64,000 bases of DNA from Camelus dromedarius (GCF_036321535.1 NC_087437.1:82958001-83022000), one strand, 5' to 3'; positions 26,030 to 40,742 are shown, counted from the stretch's first letter. Notes: a model not told the origin generated them from the letters alone. Made by a program: numbers and translations.

Positions 26030-29000
26030 AAGACATAAAGTAGAAATTTTCCAAATGTTTGGAAATTGAACAGTATAATTCTAAATGATGCATGTGTTAT
26101 TAAAAAAATCACAATAAAAATTAGCAAATATTTAAAGTGAATAATAGTGAGTATATAGATATCTAAACTTGTTAGTTGGACAAAAGCCACGCTTAAAAGG
26201 AAATTTATAGATGTAAGTGCAAATATTAAAAAGTCTATAAATTAAAAACTTACATATCCAGATACCTAAATTTCTAATCTCAAGGGGTTACAAAAAGAAC
26301 TGTAAAGTAAACCCACTGAAGCTAGAAGGAAAATAATAAAGATGAAAGCATAAATTAATAAAATATAAAGCAAATTTATAATAGAGAGAATCAATTAACT
26401 CAAAGTTGGTTTTTTGAAAAGAATAATAACATTGATAAAGTCCTGGTTAAGGTTGATACAGAAAAAGAATGAAGTCATATATAATATCAACAATAAAAAA
26501 GAATACATCACTACAGATCCTTTGAATATTAGAAACACCATAAGAAGATATTTTAAACAACTTTATGCCAATAAATTTGAAAATTTGGATAAAATTGATG
26601 AATTCCTAGAAAATCAAAACTGATCATAATACATACAAGAAATGAAAAACACAAATAATCCTATATCTATTTAAGAAATTGGATCTTTGAATCTGTAATT
26701 AAAATCCTTTATGCAAAAAATAAAATTCTAGGCCCATATGACTTTAGTGAGAAATTCTTCTAAATACTTAAGAAAGAAACAAACTTTTCTAGAGAATAAA
26801 AAAAGAGGTAACTCTTCCCAACTCATTTTATAACACTAGCAAACTTTAGTATCAAATTTTAGTATCATGTTGGTACAAAAATATCAACCAAATATTAGCA
26901 AAAATATACATAAAAGGAACAATACATCATGAGTAGGTGTATCATATTCCAAGAACTCAAGGTTAGTTTAGCATTAATGAAAATCTGCCAATGGATTACA
27001 CTACATTAACAGAATAGAGAAATCACGGAATCATTTTAATAAAAACAAAAAAGCAAGAGATAAAATTCAATGCTTCTTCATTACAACAATTCTAAGAAAG
27101 CCCAAGCAGGGTTTGTGAAAAAACTGACAAGCTAATTCTAAAATGCATATGGCAATGCAAGGGCCAAGATGATTTTGAAGAAAAAGAAAAGAGTTGGAGA
27201 ACTTACAGTACTAAATATCAACATTTACTACACTATTGCAATAGTTAAGAACCAAAAATTGAGTATTGAAACAGAATTAGTGTATCCAAAGAACATACAT
27301 ATGGAGAGTGAATTAATGAGAAAGGTGATTCTGCAGAGAAGTGAGGAAAGAATATTTTTTGCAAGTAAATGGTACTGAATGAAATGGATATTTATATGCA
27401 TAAAAAAGTAAATCCTAATCCCTTTTCCACACCACATTAAAAAAAAATCAGTTTCAGGTAGATTTAGACCAAAATCAAAGTTTAAAAAAATCTAAAACTT
27501 CTTAAAAGAAACCACAGAAGAGTATCTCCGTAAGTGTTGGGGTAGGAAATGCTTTCTTCAGCATGACGAAAGGACTAACCATAAAGGATAAGATTGGGCT
27601 ACATTAGATTTAAAACTTCTTTTTAATCAGGAAACATCATTACTATAATGAATAGGCAAACCACAAAGTAGGAAAAGATTATCTATAAAGATTATTATAA
27701 AAGATTATAAAGAAGATTGGTATATTTATACAATGGAATACTATTCAGCCATAAAAATGACAACATAACACCATTTGCAGCAACATGGATGTCCCTGGAG
27801 AATGTCACTGTAAGTGAAGTAAGCCAGAAAGAGAAAGAAAAATACCATATGATATCACTTATATGTGGAATATTAAAAAAAAGAAGAAGACAAATGCACT
27901 TATATGAAAAACAGAAACATACTCACAAACATAGATTTGTGGTTCCCAGGGGGAGCGGGGTAGGAAAGGATAAACTGGGAGTTCGAGATTTGCAGATACA
28001 GACAGGTATATATAAAATAGATAAACAAGTTCACATTGTATAGCACAGGGAAATATATTCAATATCTTGTAGTAGCTCATAGTGAAACAGACTAAGAAAA
28101 TGAATATATGTATATTTATATATGACTGAAGAATTGTGCTGTACAGCAGAAATTGACACAACATTGTACACTGACTATAACTCAATTTAAAAAAAGAAAA
28201 AAAAGAATTACTTAAAAAAATCACAATAGGACAGACAACCCAATTTAAAATATGCTCAGAAAAGCTTTTAAACAAGTACTTCACAAAAGAGGATAGCCAA
28301 ATGATCAGCAAATTTATGAAAAGATGTTCAACCCCATTAGTTATCAGGGAAATGTAAATCAAGCCACAGTCAGATAACCTATCCCCAACAGAAAGGCTAA
28401 ATTGAAAAAGAAAAAACTGTCAAAACCAAGTGCAGAGATACAGAAGAGGAACTCTCATACTGGTTGTGAGAGAGCACATTGGCACAGCCACTGTAGAAAA
28501 CTGCTTGGCAGTGTGTATGAAAATGGTTTGTACACACACCATATGACAGAGCAATTTTGGCTCTTATGCACATTCCGAACAGAAATGCATACACATGAAT
28601 ACAAATTGTCACGGTACTACTCATTTGTGGAACACCACAAATGCTTACCCACATAAGCATGGATAAATATAATGTGGTGTATTCAAACAATGGAAGAACT
28701 CTTCAGCAGTGAACATGAACAAACTCCTGTTTATTGCAAAATATGAATGAATTTCATCAACATGATGAATGAAAGAAGCCAGATACAAACTGATACACAC
28801 TGTATGATTCAATATGTATTAAGCTTGAAAATCAGGCCAAACTAAATGATGGTATTATTCAACAGACAAAGTATTAGTTAAAGTAAGGTGAATAAACTCT
28901 ACGACATTGTACCTGTAGTCAACAACAATGTACACTCAAAGTTTAAGAGGATATATCTCATGCTGTGTACTTATCACAATCAAATCTTAAAAAAACCCAG

Positions 29001-29090
29001 AATAAAAATGTCCCCCAAACTAAATGATGGCATTAGAAGTCAGGATAGTGGTTACATTCGGGGAGGGGGCAGAGGGAGTAATAATTGAGA
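26030..29090 (+). mobile_element. Old L1M ORF2 and 3' region with nested younger L1 3' ends (27715-28205, 28858-29014)
   Basis: ORF 26414..26623 (ITTDPLNIRNTIRRYFKQLYANKFENLDKIDEFLE) is L1 ORF2p; nested inserts have A tails. Confidence 0.82.
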
Positions 29091-31019
29091 GAGGAATTTT
29101 TCAAAGTACATAGCAGGTACTTAATGGGTGCTTATTAAATTGTCCGTTTGGAACAAATTCCCATGACTCCAGTCAGTAGGAAGAAATTTTAAATGTGTCA
29201 CAAGAACTGACTCTGTCTATAGTAAGAATAAGCATCTGTCCTCATCCAACAACATATTAATTATTAAGAATTTACTCATTTATTTTGTATTTACTTTAGT
29301 TCTTGGAAATACAGCTGTGCACCAGTAATTACACGGGATGAAACTGAAACTTCAATGATTTTCCTAACATCACAGCAGAATTAGGACCAAGGTCTCCTTC
29401 TCTAAATCTTTGATACTCATCATCACAGAAGCGTTTCCAAACCATTATTCCCAGAAACATTGCTCCAGGGAGCACATGCTCTTTGCTCTATTCCCCTTTT
29501 AGAGAGTCCCATCAGAAGATGAAATATGCCAAGGCAAAAAGAAATCTATTCAGTTTAGTTTATCTTGGAGTAAGGAACTTAAATATATCAAATATCATTT
29601 TGGAAAAGAAAATTTTAAGAATTTAGTTCTATTTTTGCTTCTGAAATAAATGGCAGTCTTCTTAACTCACAAGTTTATAAAGGCTTTTAGGAATGCTATG
29701 TCAAAACCAAACAGGTCTCCATAAACCATTATATCAGTCACTCTACTAGAGGGAAATAAAATTCATTTGCTGACCCTTTATTTGGCTCTCAGTGGACTAT
29801 ATATATCATAGCCTCACATATTATGTTAAAATAAAGCCACCAACAAACAGATTTTTAAAAATCTACCTGCTCTTTGCTGTCTATCTCTGAAAATGTTTTG
29901 GGGGTTCCTCAGTGGACATTTTTTGTTTATGAGATCTTCATCCACTAGGTGTGTCACAGCAGAAAAGAGATTCAGAACTGATAAGCTAGACACCCTCCTC
30001 TTTTTACAGGTAAGAACTCTGATGCTAGAAAGGTAATGATTTGCTGAAATCATCGGCAGAGTTGAGCATCTCACCAGGAGTTTTGTTCCAAGTGGTGGTT
30101 TTTCTATCTCATTATGGAGTCTTTCATTTGACCCAATCTAGGGCATCATTAACAAGTTCAAGATTTTGGAGGAAGCATATACATGAGTACCTTTTAAGGA
30201 AATACGCTGCTGAGAGGCACAGGAAGACAAATTTTAGGAGAGGCCAGCCCTGAACTACAAGTTTCTACATTTCCTTTTCCCCCTTTCCAGGCAGAACTGC
30301 AGGTTACTTACTGGCAATGGCCTGAATGCAGTCAGGGGTAGGCAGACGGGGCAGCTAATGGCAAACAATGGAGGAAAATTATTTCCTTTTGCTCCAGGGC
30401 TAATTTGAAAAAAAACAAAACCATATACTATCATTAAATCTTGTTGTTCTTTGTATCTACTAGGTTTCTAATTCACTTAAGTGTTCTAGAGCTATGTTAA
30501 GATTGAACTTTTTTCTTGAAATCATTTTATAAATTTTAAAATAATTTAGAGAAATAGAAGTTGAAAAATTCACAAGTAAAATTTATTTAAAAATTATCAG
30601 TCTTAGATCTCCTGATAGATTTCAAAACCAAACTGGTCAATTTATATGAAATGGTGAGATAAATTATCTACCAACTAACTGATAACATCTAAGGACCTTG
30701 GAACAAAAACCATGGCCCACTAGTAGATGTCTGGTTAATTCCAAAAATATGTAGCTTCTAAAGCCATGTAAAATAATTCAAAATGCTCCATAAACATGTG
30801 ATACCAAAGCTATTTCCAAAAAGATGGAATATATTTAAAATGCCACCAGTATGATATGTATATATCTATTTCGATGCAACTTCCCTTGCTTTGGTATAAT
30901 TTGAAAAATTTAGCCATTAAGTCTTTGTTGTTGTTGTTACAATCCAAAAGACAAATAAAAATTCAGGTATGGACTAATTTTATTCTTATCTGTAGTTAAT
31001 GGATTATGCCAATTTATGG

Positions 31020-32160
31020 GACCAGGTATTATGTGAATATCTATATGGAATATTAGGTAAGAAAAAGCAAGAAAGGAATAAATCTTGATGATATATATAC
31101 ATATATATGATATCAGATATATCTATACAGAGGAACTGGCTCACTTGATTATGGAGGCTGAGAAGTCCCACAATCTGCTGTCTACAGGCTGGAGACCCAA
31201 GAAAGCTGGTGGTGTAATTCAGTCTAAGTCCAAAGACCTGAATTCCAGGAGAACTGAAGATGTCAGTCTGTCTGAGGGTAGAAGACAAATGTTCAGCTCC
31301 AGTGGTCAGGCAAAAAGGGTGAATTCCCCCTTCTCCTGCCTTTCATATTCTCCAAGCCTTCAGTGGATGGGATGACACTCACCCACACTGAGGAGGGCAA
31401 TCTGCTGTATTGAACCCACCAGTTCAAGTGCTAATCTCATCCAGAAACACCCTCACAGACACATCCAGAAAAACATCAGCTAAATCCCTGGGCACTGTAT
31501 GACCCAGTCAAGAGGACACAAAATTAACCAAGTCCAACTCTTATCAACTTGGCACCCATACCCATCTCCTTAAACCATACTTAATCTCAAAAGAAAGACA
31601 ATGACAAGGTCATAATTCTGCCTAACATGATTCAACTATTCTGCATACAATCAAAAATGTACAAACCCCTTTCCCAGAAGAGAAAGTAAAGTACTTGACT
31701 GATGTTTACTTTTCTCTTTGAAATGCTATAACTTAAATCCTATTAAGTTAATATTCAGATATAATCAATAAAGATTGACCATAATATAAAGTCAATACAT
31801 CTATGTTATGTGATGAGGGATTAAGAAAGGAAAGAAAACAAAGATATACAGTTGACCTTGAACCCATACAGTTGAAACCTCAAATGTATTCATAATAAAA
31901 CAATAGGAAGAAATGCTGCTTATTAATACTCCTTAATGATGAGTTAATACTCATGGCCATTATAGTCTTCATTTCTGATTGGTCACGTGGCTGTAGCTGA
32001 TATTTATAACCACCTTCTACTACTACCCACTCTGTATTCTTTTTGGCTTCAACAAGCACCTCAGCTGGTTATCTTTACCTGGTAGGTGACACAAACCTTT
32101 GCTCCTAAAGGCTGGAGGCCATGACTAATCCTGCCTGGATGGGACTGTTGTAGTTTTCCA
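31020..32160 (-). mobile_element. MLT2 LTR (about 31020-31530) plus adjoining ERVL internal sequence
   Basis: aggaactggctcac.tgattatggaggctgagaagtccca.aatctg MLT2 motif followed by ERVL-like 3' internal sequence. Confidence 0.72.
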
Positions 32161-32232
32161 TTTCCTTGTTTTGGAATAAATAGCATCATAATTTATTCCA
32201 GCTTTCAGTACTTTTCATTGTGGTAAATATTT

Positions 32233-33105
32233 CTTTTTTTTTCTTCCAGTTGTATTGAAATATAATTGACATACAGCACTGTAGAAGTTCAAGGTATACA
32301 GCATAATGTTTTGACTTACATACATCATGAAATAATTATCACAATAAGTTTAGTGAACATTAAACATCTCAGATAGAGACAAAATTAAAGAAAAAGAAAA
32401 AAAAGTTTTCCTTGTGATGAGAACACAGGATTTACTCTCTTAACATTCATACGCAACATACAGCAGTGTTAATTATTTTTATCATGTTGTACATTATATC
32501 CTTAGTACTTACCTATCTTATAACTGGAGGTTTGTAATATCTTTTGACTGCCTTCGTCCAATCCCCTCTCCCCTACCCTCTGCCTCTGGTAACCACAAAT
32601 GTGATCTCTTTTTCTGAGTTTGTCTGCATGTTTGTTTGTTTGTTTTTGAAGTATAATTGACCTACAACACTATGTTAGTTTCTGTTACATAACATAGTGA
32701 TTTTTTTTCCTCATACATTTCAAAATGATCGTCATGATAGGTATAGTTATGATATATCACCATACAAAGATATTACTTAGTTATTGACTATATTCTCCAC
32801 ACTATACATTTCATACCTGTGTGACTCATTTGTTTTACATCTAGAAGTTTGTACCTCTTAACCTCTCTCACCTATTTCTTTCCTCCCCCATCTCCCTCTC
32901 CTCTGGCAACCACCTGTTGTTCTTTGTGTCTATAACTGTTTCTTTTTTTTTTTTTTAATGTTTGTCCATTTGTTTTGCTTTTTAGATTCCACATATAAAT
33001 GAAATCATATAGTATTTGTCTTTCTCTGACTTACTTCACTTAGTATAATACCCTCTAGGTCCTTTCATATTGTTGCAAAAGGCAAGATTTCATTCTTTTT
33101 TAAAA
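32233..33105 (-). mobile_element. L1 3' end, same subfamily as the 15618 element
   Basis: Colinear similarity with 15618-16445. Confidence 0.85.
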
Positions 33106-34142
33106 ATTCTAGCACATGTATCATTTTTATCCTTTTACTGTTCTGTGACACTTACTGTTCTGTCATTTGATGGCAGTTAATCTTTCTGTCTGATCACAAA
33201 GTACCATAAGATTTTATGGAGTGCCTACAAAATAAAGACTTCAGCTCATCTATGCTTTATGAAGATGTAAAGATACTGAAGGAACAGCACTGAACCCGGG
33301 CAGATACATATCAGTTCTAAGTAAATCAGTAGCTTTAAATCTTATGCAAACTCTTACACTGGTTATTCCATTAAAAGGAAATAAACATCATTTGCTGGAT
33401 TCTTATTTGGCTCTCAGCTTGCTATATTATAGATCCTCATAGTATTTTAAAGCAAAACAAACAAACAGAATATTAAAAAATATTCAGTTCAACTGAGCAC
33501 CTTAATTAGAAGCTGCCTTACTGGGCTTTAGTGGAGAAGAGAAAAAAGTGGCAATCTAGAAAAACTTGGTGGGGCACATGGTCTGGACATCTCCTCCCTG
33601 TCACTGAAGCTCAGGGAACATCCCTGAACACTGCATGGTGTATGTAGCTGGTTCTGCTTCCTGCTGGGGCTGCTTGTCTGTCTTCATTACCGTCCTTTTT
33701 TCCTTAGGGAGCTTTCTTGTTGCCCATTTTCCAAGGAGATACTTGCACAAGGAATCTTAAGTCGTATCTGTCAGTTTCCTGAATCTCTTACTTAGCTCTC
33801 TCCAGGAGGTGACATTTCACTCTTAGGTGAGAGACCACCTAGACTGCCAGTGTCAGGTGGCTGCAGGTGGGTCTCGGATCAGTCTTTATCAAAGTCCCCA
33901 TGCACAGAACACAGAGCCTGGACCAGCTGCCAAGGGAAGGGCTGGCAGCCTTTCACACATGGGAGAGCTAACCCAGAAGAAAATCGACACCAATTCATAA
34001 TCATCAAATGAGTTACCATTTGTGAAATGCTTAGAACAGTGCCTGCCACACAGAAAGTGTTTGATGAAAGAACAAATCAATTTAGAGGAGATAAGTAGGG
34101 GTGCTAGTATCTTAGCTGCAAGGAGACTTTCTGGGTGGATGC

Positions 34143-34581
34143 TGTGAGGAGTTGGTTGGATGGTGTCCCCCAAAATTCATGTCTACCCAGAACCTCAAAA
34201 TGTGATCTGATTTGGAAGGGTCTTTGCAGATATAATTAGGATAAGCATCAAAATGAAATCATGCTGGGTTAGGGTGGGTCCTAAATCTAACGCAAATGTC
34301 CTTATAGGAGACAGAAGAGGAAAAACACAGGGAGAGGCAATGTGAAGATGCAGGCAGACACTGGAGTGATGCTTCAACAAGCCAAGGAATGCCAAGAATT
34401 GCCAGCAAACACCGGAAGCTGGTAGAGAGGCATAAGACAGTTTCTCCCTTAGAGTCTACAGAAGGAACCAGCCCTGCTGACACCTTGACTTTGGACCTTT
34501 GGCCTACAGGACTGTGAGAGAATAAATTTCTGTCGTTTTAAGCCGCCTACTTTGCTGTGGAGGCTCTAGAAAGCGAATACA
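34143..34581 (+). mobile_element. MLT1B/C-like solo LTR
   Basis: gtcccccaaaattcatgtctacccagaacctca.aatgtga...ccctgctgacaccttga...gagaataaatttctg...aataca. Confidence 0.8.
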
Positions 34582-36839
34582 GATTTCTATCTTAAGTTTA
34601 TACAAATTCTGTGTTTTTCAGGCCATGGAAGAATACAAACAAGTTTTGTTCCAGAAAGGTAGGCTGAAAAAGCGTGTTTATCTGCAAACATTCCTGTGAC
34701 TTTAATCGAAACTGACTTCTATATGCAAAGGATACGAATGCAGTGAACACATGTACAGTCTAATAACAGATGCATTTTAGGTTTTCTGCCAACCCATACA
34801 CTTCTCTGAAAACTACCTTCATGTACCCTGGCAGCCATATTTATAATGTGTGACCTTGCTTTCCTCCCATAGCCACTGCTTTTGTCCCTGGGGGCAAGAG
34901 ATCCCTGACTCCTAAGGCTAATTGAAGTCTTTCTCATAGTGCTTCAAAACTGTGATTCAAAGCTAGCAGTCAGTTTTTGCTGGTTGCTTAAATGAAGGAC
35001 ATATCAAGTTGAGAGGAATCAGTTGACCGTGAGCTAACAAGGCAGAGAAACTGCAAAGAGAAAAAAAAAAAAGCAATACCCAGATAGAGACAGGACAAAA
35101 GAACATATAGTCCCCTGAGAACAAGGGACCAAGAGATTACCTGCCTTTGTTTCTAATTTGAATAACTGAGGATCCTCATATCAAGTTCATTATCACGGAG
35201 TAGGGGTTCTGGGGTTAAGAGGACCTCACCAGACTACCTTGGGTGAGTTACTGGACCTTTTAGGTTCCTCACCATAGTTGGGACTAATAGCAGTACCTCC
35301 ACCAAAGTGGTGTTCCTTGGCTTAAATCTGAAGGACACTTAGGATGAGTTAAGGTAAATCAAGTGCACTAATGTGCAGCACTTGGATGAGTACATCACAT
35401 GCCTTCAGGAAGTTCTGGCTGTTACTGTCATTACCTCATCCCCAGAAAGTAGCTTTTAAAATATGTCATGCTTCTACCATCATTTTATGCTTTTTAGTAA
35501 GCAGCATGTTTAAGTTGCTTTTCCATATATGTTTACAATTTCAGCTTCGCAGTAGGTCAGCTTACCACAACAAAATGCAAAAATCAGTCACAATTCAGGA
35601 AGGTTGTTTTCCCCATCCCAGACAATATTTTAAGCAACAGGCATCCTAAAACACAACGTCACTAGTAAAAAGCTACACAGATTCTGGGTATATTTATTGT
35701 GGGTATGTTTGCTCCCACCTAGCTGTTCTCTTTCTACGTACATCATTGGCAATCTTATTTTTTCCTATCAATGTGTAAGGCAAATCATAGTGCCTACTGT
35801 AGTTTAAACAGAAATATTCTGTAAGGAAAAGAAAAAAAAATGTTTATTTTAAACGCTTGTTATCCTGGAAGGTAAGCAATAGTTTGAGCTCGTTAGCTTA
35901 GGAGGAAGGCAGAATACCTACCAGCCAGACAGCTGCACATCTGTTTAGGAAGATGTGTGAACAGATTTTGGCCCTCTTGATCAGGTTCAAACAAAGAAGC
36001 GTTTAGTGCTTTGCATGCTAATGAAGCAATAATTTTTAGTTTCTTCATAAGTCAATGATGGAGATCCAAGTACTGAGATATTGGAGAAATCTTAGAACAG
36101 AGAGGCAAGGACCCACAATACCCTGGTTAGCCATGAAGAGAAACTGCTAAGAGATCACAGGTTGGCTGAGAGGCTTTGGGCAGTGGAAGAGCTATGACTC
36201 TATTTAAATTTGCTAACTTTTTTTATGCTTTGTGGACTTCTCATTTATTACCCCCAAATCTCAATAAAATCTGTAATGCACTCATATTCAGATGTAAGGT
36301 GGAGTCACTGAGAGCCCAACAATCCTGGCAGCTGCACAGGCTACACAGAAAGCCTGCTTGATGCAGATGTTATGTGAGAGTCTTTCAATTCAACGTGAAA
36401 GTCGGAGACATCAAGGATGTCTGTGTTTTGGTTGTTTTTCAGCCTCCTTCTTTGGAAACCTTTCTGTCCTGAAGAAAAACTAGCAGAAGAAAAGGCTTTT
36501 AAATAGTCCAGTAGCTCATTTACTAGTAGCAATTTGCACTGTGCTTTACTTAAGGGAACAAGAAACCAGACATCCTTGGCCCAGTGATAAATGTAGCAAC
36601 TTGAAGAGGACTAATGACTGGTTCTTGGAACTCTGACCTCTCTGTAGAGCACAACAAGGTGAACATTAATGTGGTGACTATCACAGAGAGCTCTGTGAAG
36701 GAAAGACGGACACTGGGCAAAAAATGCAGGGTGCCAATATTAGCACCTGGAGATTATGGTAAATTGGCCTCTCCCTGTCCTGAATCAGACATTAGGGAAA
36801 TAAGACTGTCCTTCAAAAGCAAGTAAAAGAAAAAAAGTT

Positions 36840-38250
36840 ATTATTGAAAATTATACAGAATACTGTAATAAATAAATCCCCAAGGATGCTATCACTCAGT
36901 TGCAACAATAACAAATCTTGCTTCATCTTTACCCTACTCTCTTCTCCCCTTTTTAAAATTTAATCATTTCATTCATAAATGTTTTAATCAGTATCTCTAA
37001 AAGGTAACAATTCTTATTTTATACATAACCATAATACAATGAACAGAGCTAAAAATAGTTCATAATAACTCCTTAATATCATCAAATATTCTATCAGTGT
37101 TCAAATTTCACTGGTTATCTTATAATGTTTATCATTTAAAAATTTTTAAAATCTGTTTTAATCAGAATAAAACAAAGGCCACATTCCTCTTCCCTCTTTT
37201 TCCCCATGTAATTTATTTGTTAGAGAACCTGGGATATTTGTTCTATAGTTGCCCACATTCTGGATTTTGTTGTTTGCATTCTTATTTTGTTGTTCAGTGG
37301 ATTCTTCTCTGTATTTCCTGTAGGTGGCAGTTAAATCTTGAGGCTTGATATGTGGTTTCACCTTTTGTTTTCAAAATTACTTCATAAGTAGTAGTGTGTA
37401 ATTTCACTAGGAGACTAGGAAGCACACAATGCCTGAGTGGTTTTCTTTCTGTTAATAGCAACCAATGATGATCACTACCTAATTATTTTTAAGGATTGGA
37501 AAAATGGTAAATTTCACACTGTATTATTTTCTAGAAGGAAAATTCCTTATCACTATTTGGTTACTCTAAGGTAGTTCATATAGGAAAGACAGGTCAAAAT
37601 AAATCCTTGATCCTTTTCTTTACCAGTTTCTAAGTTACAAGTTAGCTCTCTACTATCCTCCAAAGGTGACCACTGTTTTTACTATTATTTATTAGAATTT
37701 TAAAATAATAATTAATAATTTATTATTATTTAATTTTTACTCACAAATTAAAGCATATTTTGTATGTTTCAATTCACTGCAGTTATTTTTCTCAAAGTGA
37801 TTAACCTTACCCAAAGGAAGCTCCTTCAAGTTTGTTCTGAGTTCTTTTTGTTGGCTTTGCTTTTTAACATAACAAGTTTCAGGATTATTTAACCTATTTC
37901 CTAACTCAGAGCTACATGCAGCCATTCTCAAAGGAGCCCTTGTTCCTTTTAGTGACAAATGGTATTTAGAGATCAAAATGAAGGTGTCGGGATACTCACT
38001 GTTACTTGTCTCTGAATCTTTTCAATGGGCAATTTATCTTTCAAAAAGATAAATACATCATGAGCTCGTTCTGATATTCACAATTAAATATCCAACAGGA
38101 TTTTTACTTAACCTCATTGATCTTACACTTCAGTCCCACACAGGACATCTCAATTCTCAAAAACACCAACACAGTTAGTCACTTGTTTTATCACATGATA
38201 CACACAGATAGCAAAGTCAGAATAAGAACAACACCATCAGCTACTGTGCT
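36840..38250 (-). mobile_element. Old L1MC-like 3' region
   Basis: AT-rich degenerate L1MC4/5-type 3' UTR motifs (gccattctcaaaggagcccttgttccttttagtg). Confidence 0.55.
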
Positions 38251-40067
38251 ACTAAGGTCTCTTGCTCTAAACTGCAAATCTAATCAAGCCATATCTATGT
38301 CTAAACTTGTTGCTTTCCCATCCTCTGAAGAACAGAACCCAAGCATGCTAACATGCCATGAAAGACACTACATGATCTGACCTGATACCACTAGCTAAGC
38401 CTGAAGAGCTCTATCCCGCTTCCCCCATCCTATTGAACTCTGAGTCATCCATCCAGGTCCAGATCAGAAGTTTTTCATGCTGTGTCTCCCTACTCTGGCA
38501 GAGAAGGTCACTCTTTTTCTGTGTTCTTCTCTGCCTCACACAGGCTTTTATGGGTGCATTTACCACACTGAATTCTAATTATTTACATATATACGTGTTC
38601 TTTACTAGACAGTACACATCTTTATGGCAAAGCTCATTTAATTTTGTATCCCCAGCATCCAAGTTAAGTCCATGTTAACTAGAAGGTGTTCAATAGATAC
38701 TTGTTTAATTGAACTGATTTAGTATGACTGAAGATATACAAAACCTAGCAATTTTGCTTTCTGATGTTTAAGAAACTATCTCCACAGTGTTTTTAAGAAA
38801 TTTATTTTCTACTGGTAACTTCACGTTGTTAGGAATTAAAGAGGCACAAATAAATCATTTGCAAAGGCATAGTTCCCCTTGTGTCTCTCAGGATTTAAGA
38901 AAACACAATACTGGTAATAATAATATCTGTGAGCAACCTCCATGCAGTGACCCAGTGGTCATACCTCTAATGCTAACAGGCAGGATCCTGGAGAGTCTTC
39001 AGTGTCTGTATGTTGCCCTCCCAGAAGATTGCATTTGTGATATTCCTCTTAATCAGGCTCAGTTCTGCTGCTATAGAGGACCAAGGCAGAAGGTACAGTT
39101 ATTCTCCAAACTTACTTCCTAACAGCTTTAGACATTTGCTTTCCACAGTCATCAGGGAATTGCAAATGAAAACTTCAGCAGGATGCACTGTACACCCACT
39201 AGGGTAGCTAAAACTAAAACATTTGTTCATAGTTTTCAACTGTTCCATGCCAGAGAACTCCTCATATGTTAATAAATTGTGATTTATTTCCCCTCCTTTT
39301 TCTCTAATAGCATCTGTAGTCAAGCCAGTTCTCCTCGCCCAACCCCTTCTTCCTTTTTATTTATCATTGCTGTTTGAGTTGGAGATTTCTGGATCATCTA
39401 CTTGTAAGAGTTTCCTGCAGATGCCAAAGAATGAGGTTAACAATCCAGGCTAAGTGATTTTGATTTTTTTCCTAAATCAGTACCTCTCTTTTCTGTATTT
39501 ACAAAATCAATTGGCTTCCTCTAATCTAGGTTGAATTCATGATTCTTTATGAAGGCTTGCCTTTTTGCATTTATATACCTGATGTTTCTAGGAGGGTTTT
39601 CTGCCAGCACAGCCCCTATTCCTTAATGCTCTTTAGCAGACAAATGACATGGTTTATGCATTCAAGAGGTATTGCTCACATTTAGGAAGTAAACATTTCA
39701 GTGGATGTGCTTTATGACATCTATTATTACTGGATTCTTTCTCTTCCACTTTCTCCCTTTATGTATCCTAGATGATAACTGTTTTGGCATCGGAAGTAAG
39801 AAGTTTAATTCAGGAAGCCACAACAGTGATGCAGGTGTTTCTGAGAAGAACAGGATGTACAGAAGTGTTTTAGATGTGGCAGATATCAGAAATCAACAGT
39901 AAATATTTCCTCCCAAAAGGCTGAGGTCCCATCATCAGTGAGAACTGTGATCAAAGAGGGCAGGTGCAGTGAGAGTGTTGGAGACAGAAGGCTTAGAATG
40001 TGTTTGGGTGAGGAGTCACACAGACGAGGCAGACGCAAGAAAATAGCACTTTTGAAAGAGAGGGGAG

Positions 40068-40742
40068 CTTTCAGCTTTTAGTTTGAGGCAGCCAAGGTGC
40101 AACTTTATTGGGACAGCCTGAATCCAGGATCATGCAACACCATCTGCCTCAACCTTGCCACCTAAGCTCAACCTCAAGAAGATCAAAGTCATATGCCTGA
40201 GGTGCACTGGTGGGGCAGTCAGTGCCACATCTGTCCTGGCCAGCAAGGTGGACCCCTTGGGTCTGTCTCCAAAAAAGAGCTGGTGATGGCTATGCCAAGG
40301 AAGGGTCTGAGGATTACAGTGAAATTGACTATTCAGAACATATAGGGCTAGACTGAGGTGGTACCTTCTGCTTCTGCCCTGATCATCAAAGCCCTCAAAG
40401 AACTGCCAGGAGACAGAAAGAAACAGAAAAATAGTAAGCAGAGTGGAAACATCGCTTTTCATGAGATTGTCAATATTGCCCAACAGATGTGGCACTGATC
40501 TTTAGCTAGAGAACTCTCTGGAACCATTAAAGAGATCCTGGAGACTTCTCAGTCCATGCGCTACAATGTTGATGGCCACCACCATCACATCACAGATAAC
40601 ATCAAAAGTTTTGCTCTGCAATGCCTAGCTAGTTAAGGACTACAAAAGGAGAAAAAACCCTAAACAATAAAAAAATTTTAAAAAAGAACTACAAAAGAAA
40701 ATAATAAACTGTTATTTGACAACAATAAATAAATAAATAAAA
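40068..40742 (+). pseudogene. RPL12: Processed pseudogene of 60S ribosomal protein L12
   Basis: Intronless. Retains RPL12-type 5' UTR (gccaaggtgcaact); start mutated to TTG at 40155; encodes remnants such as [42 protein letters not shown]; frameshifts and deletions; stop at 40634-40636; A-rich tail. Confidence 0.93.

Noticed and set aside
29870..33850. Second FTDC paralogue remnants near the diverged duplication
   Set aside because: Manual translations of the unique segments (29870-30215, 33490-33850) showed no ferritin motifs.
40130..40495. 121-aa minus-strand ORF
   Set aside because: Antisense shadow of the RPL12 pseudogene.
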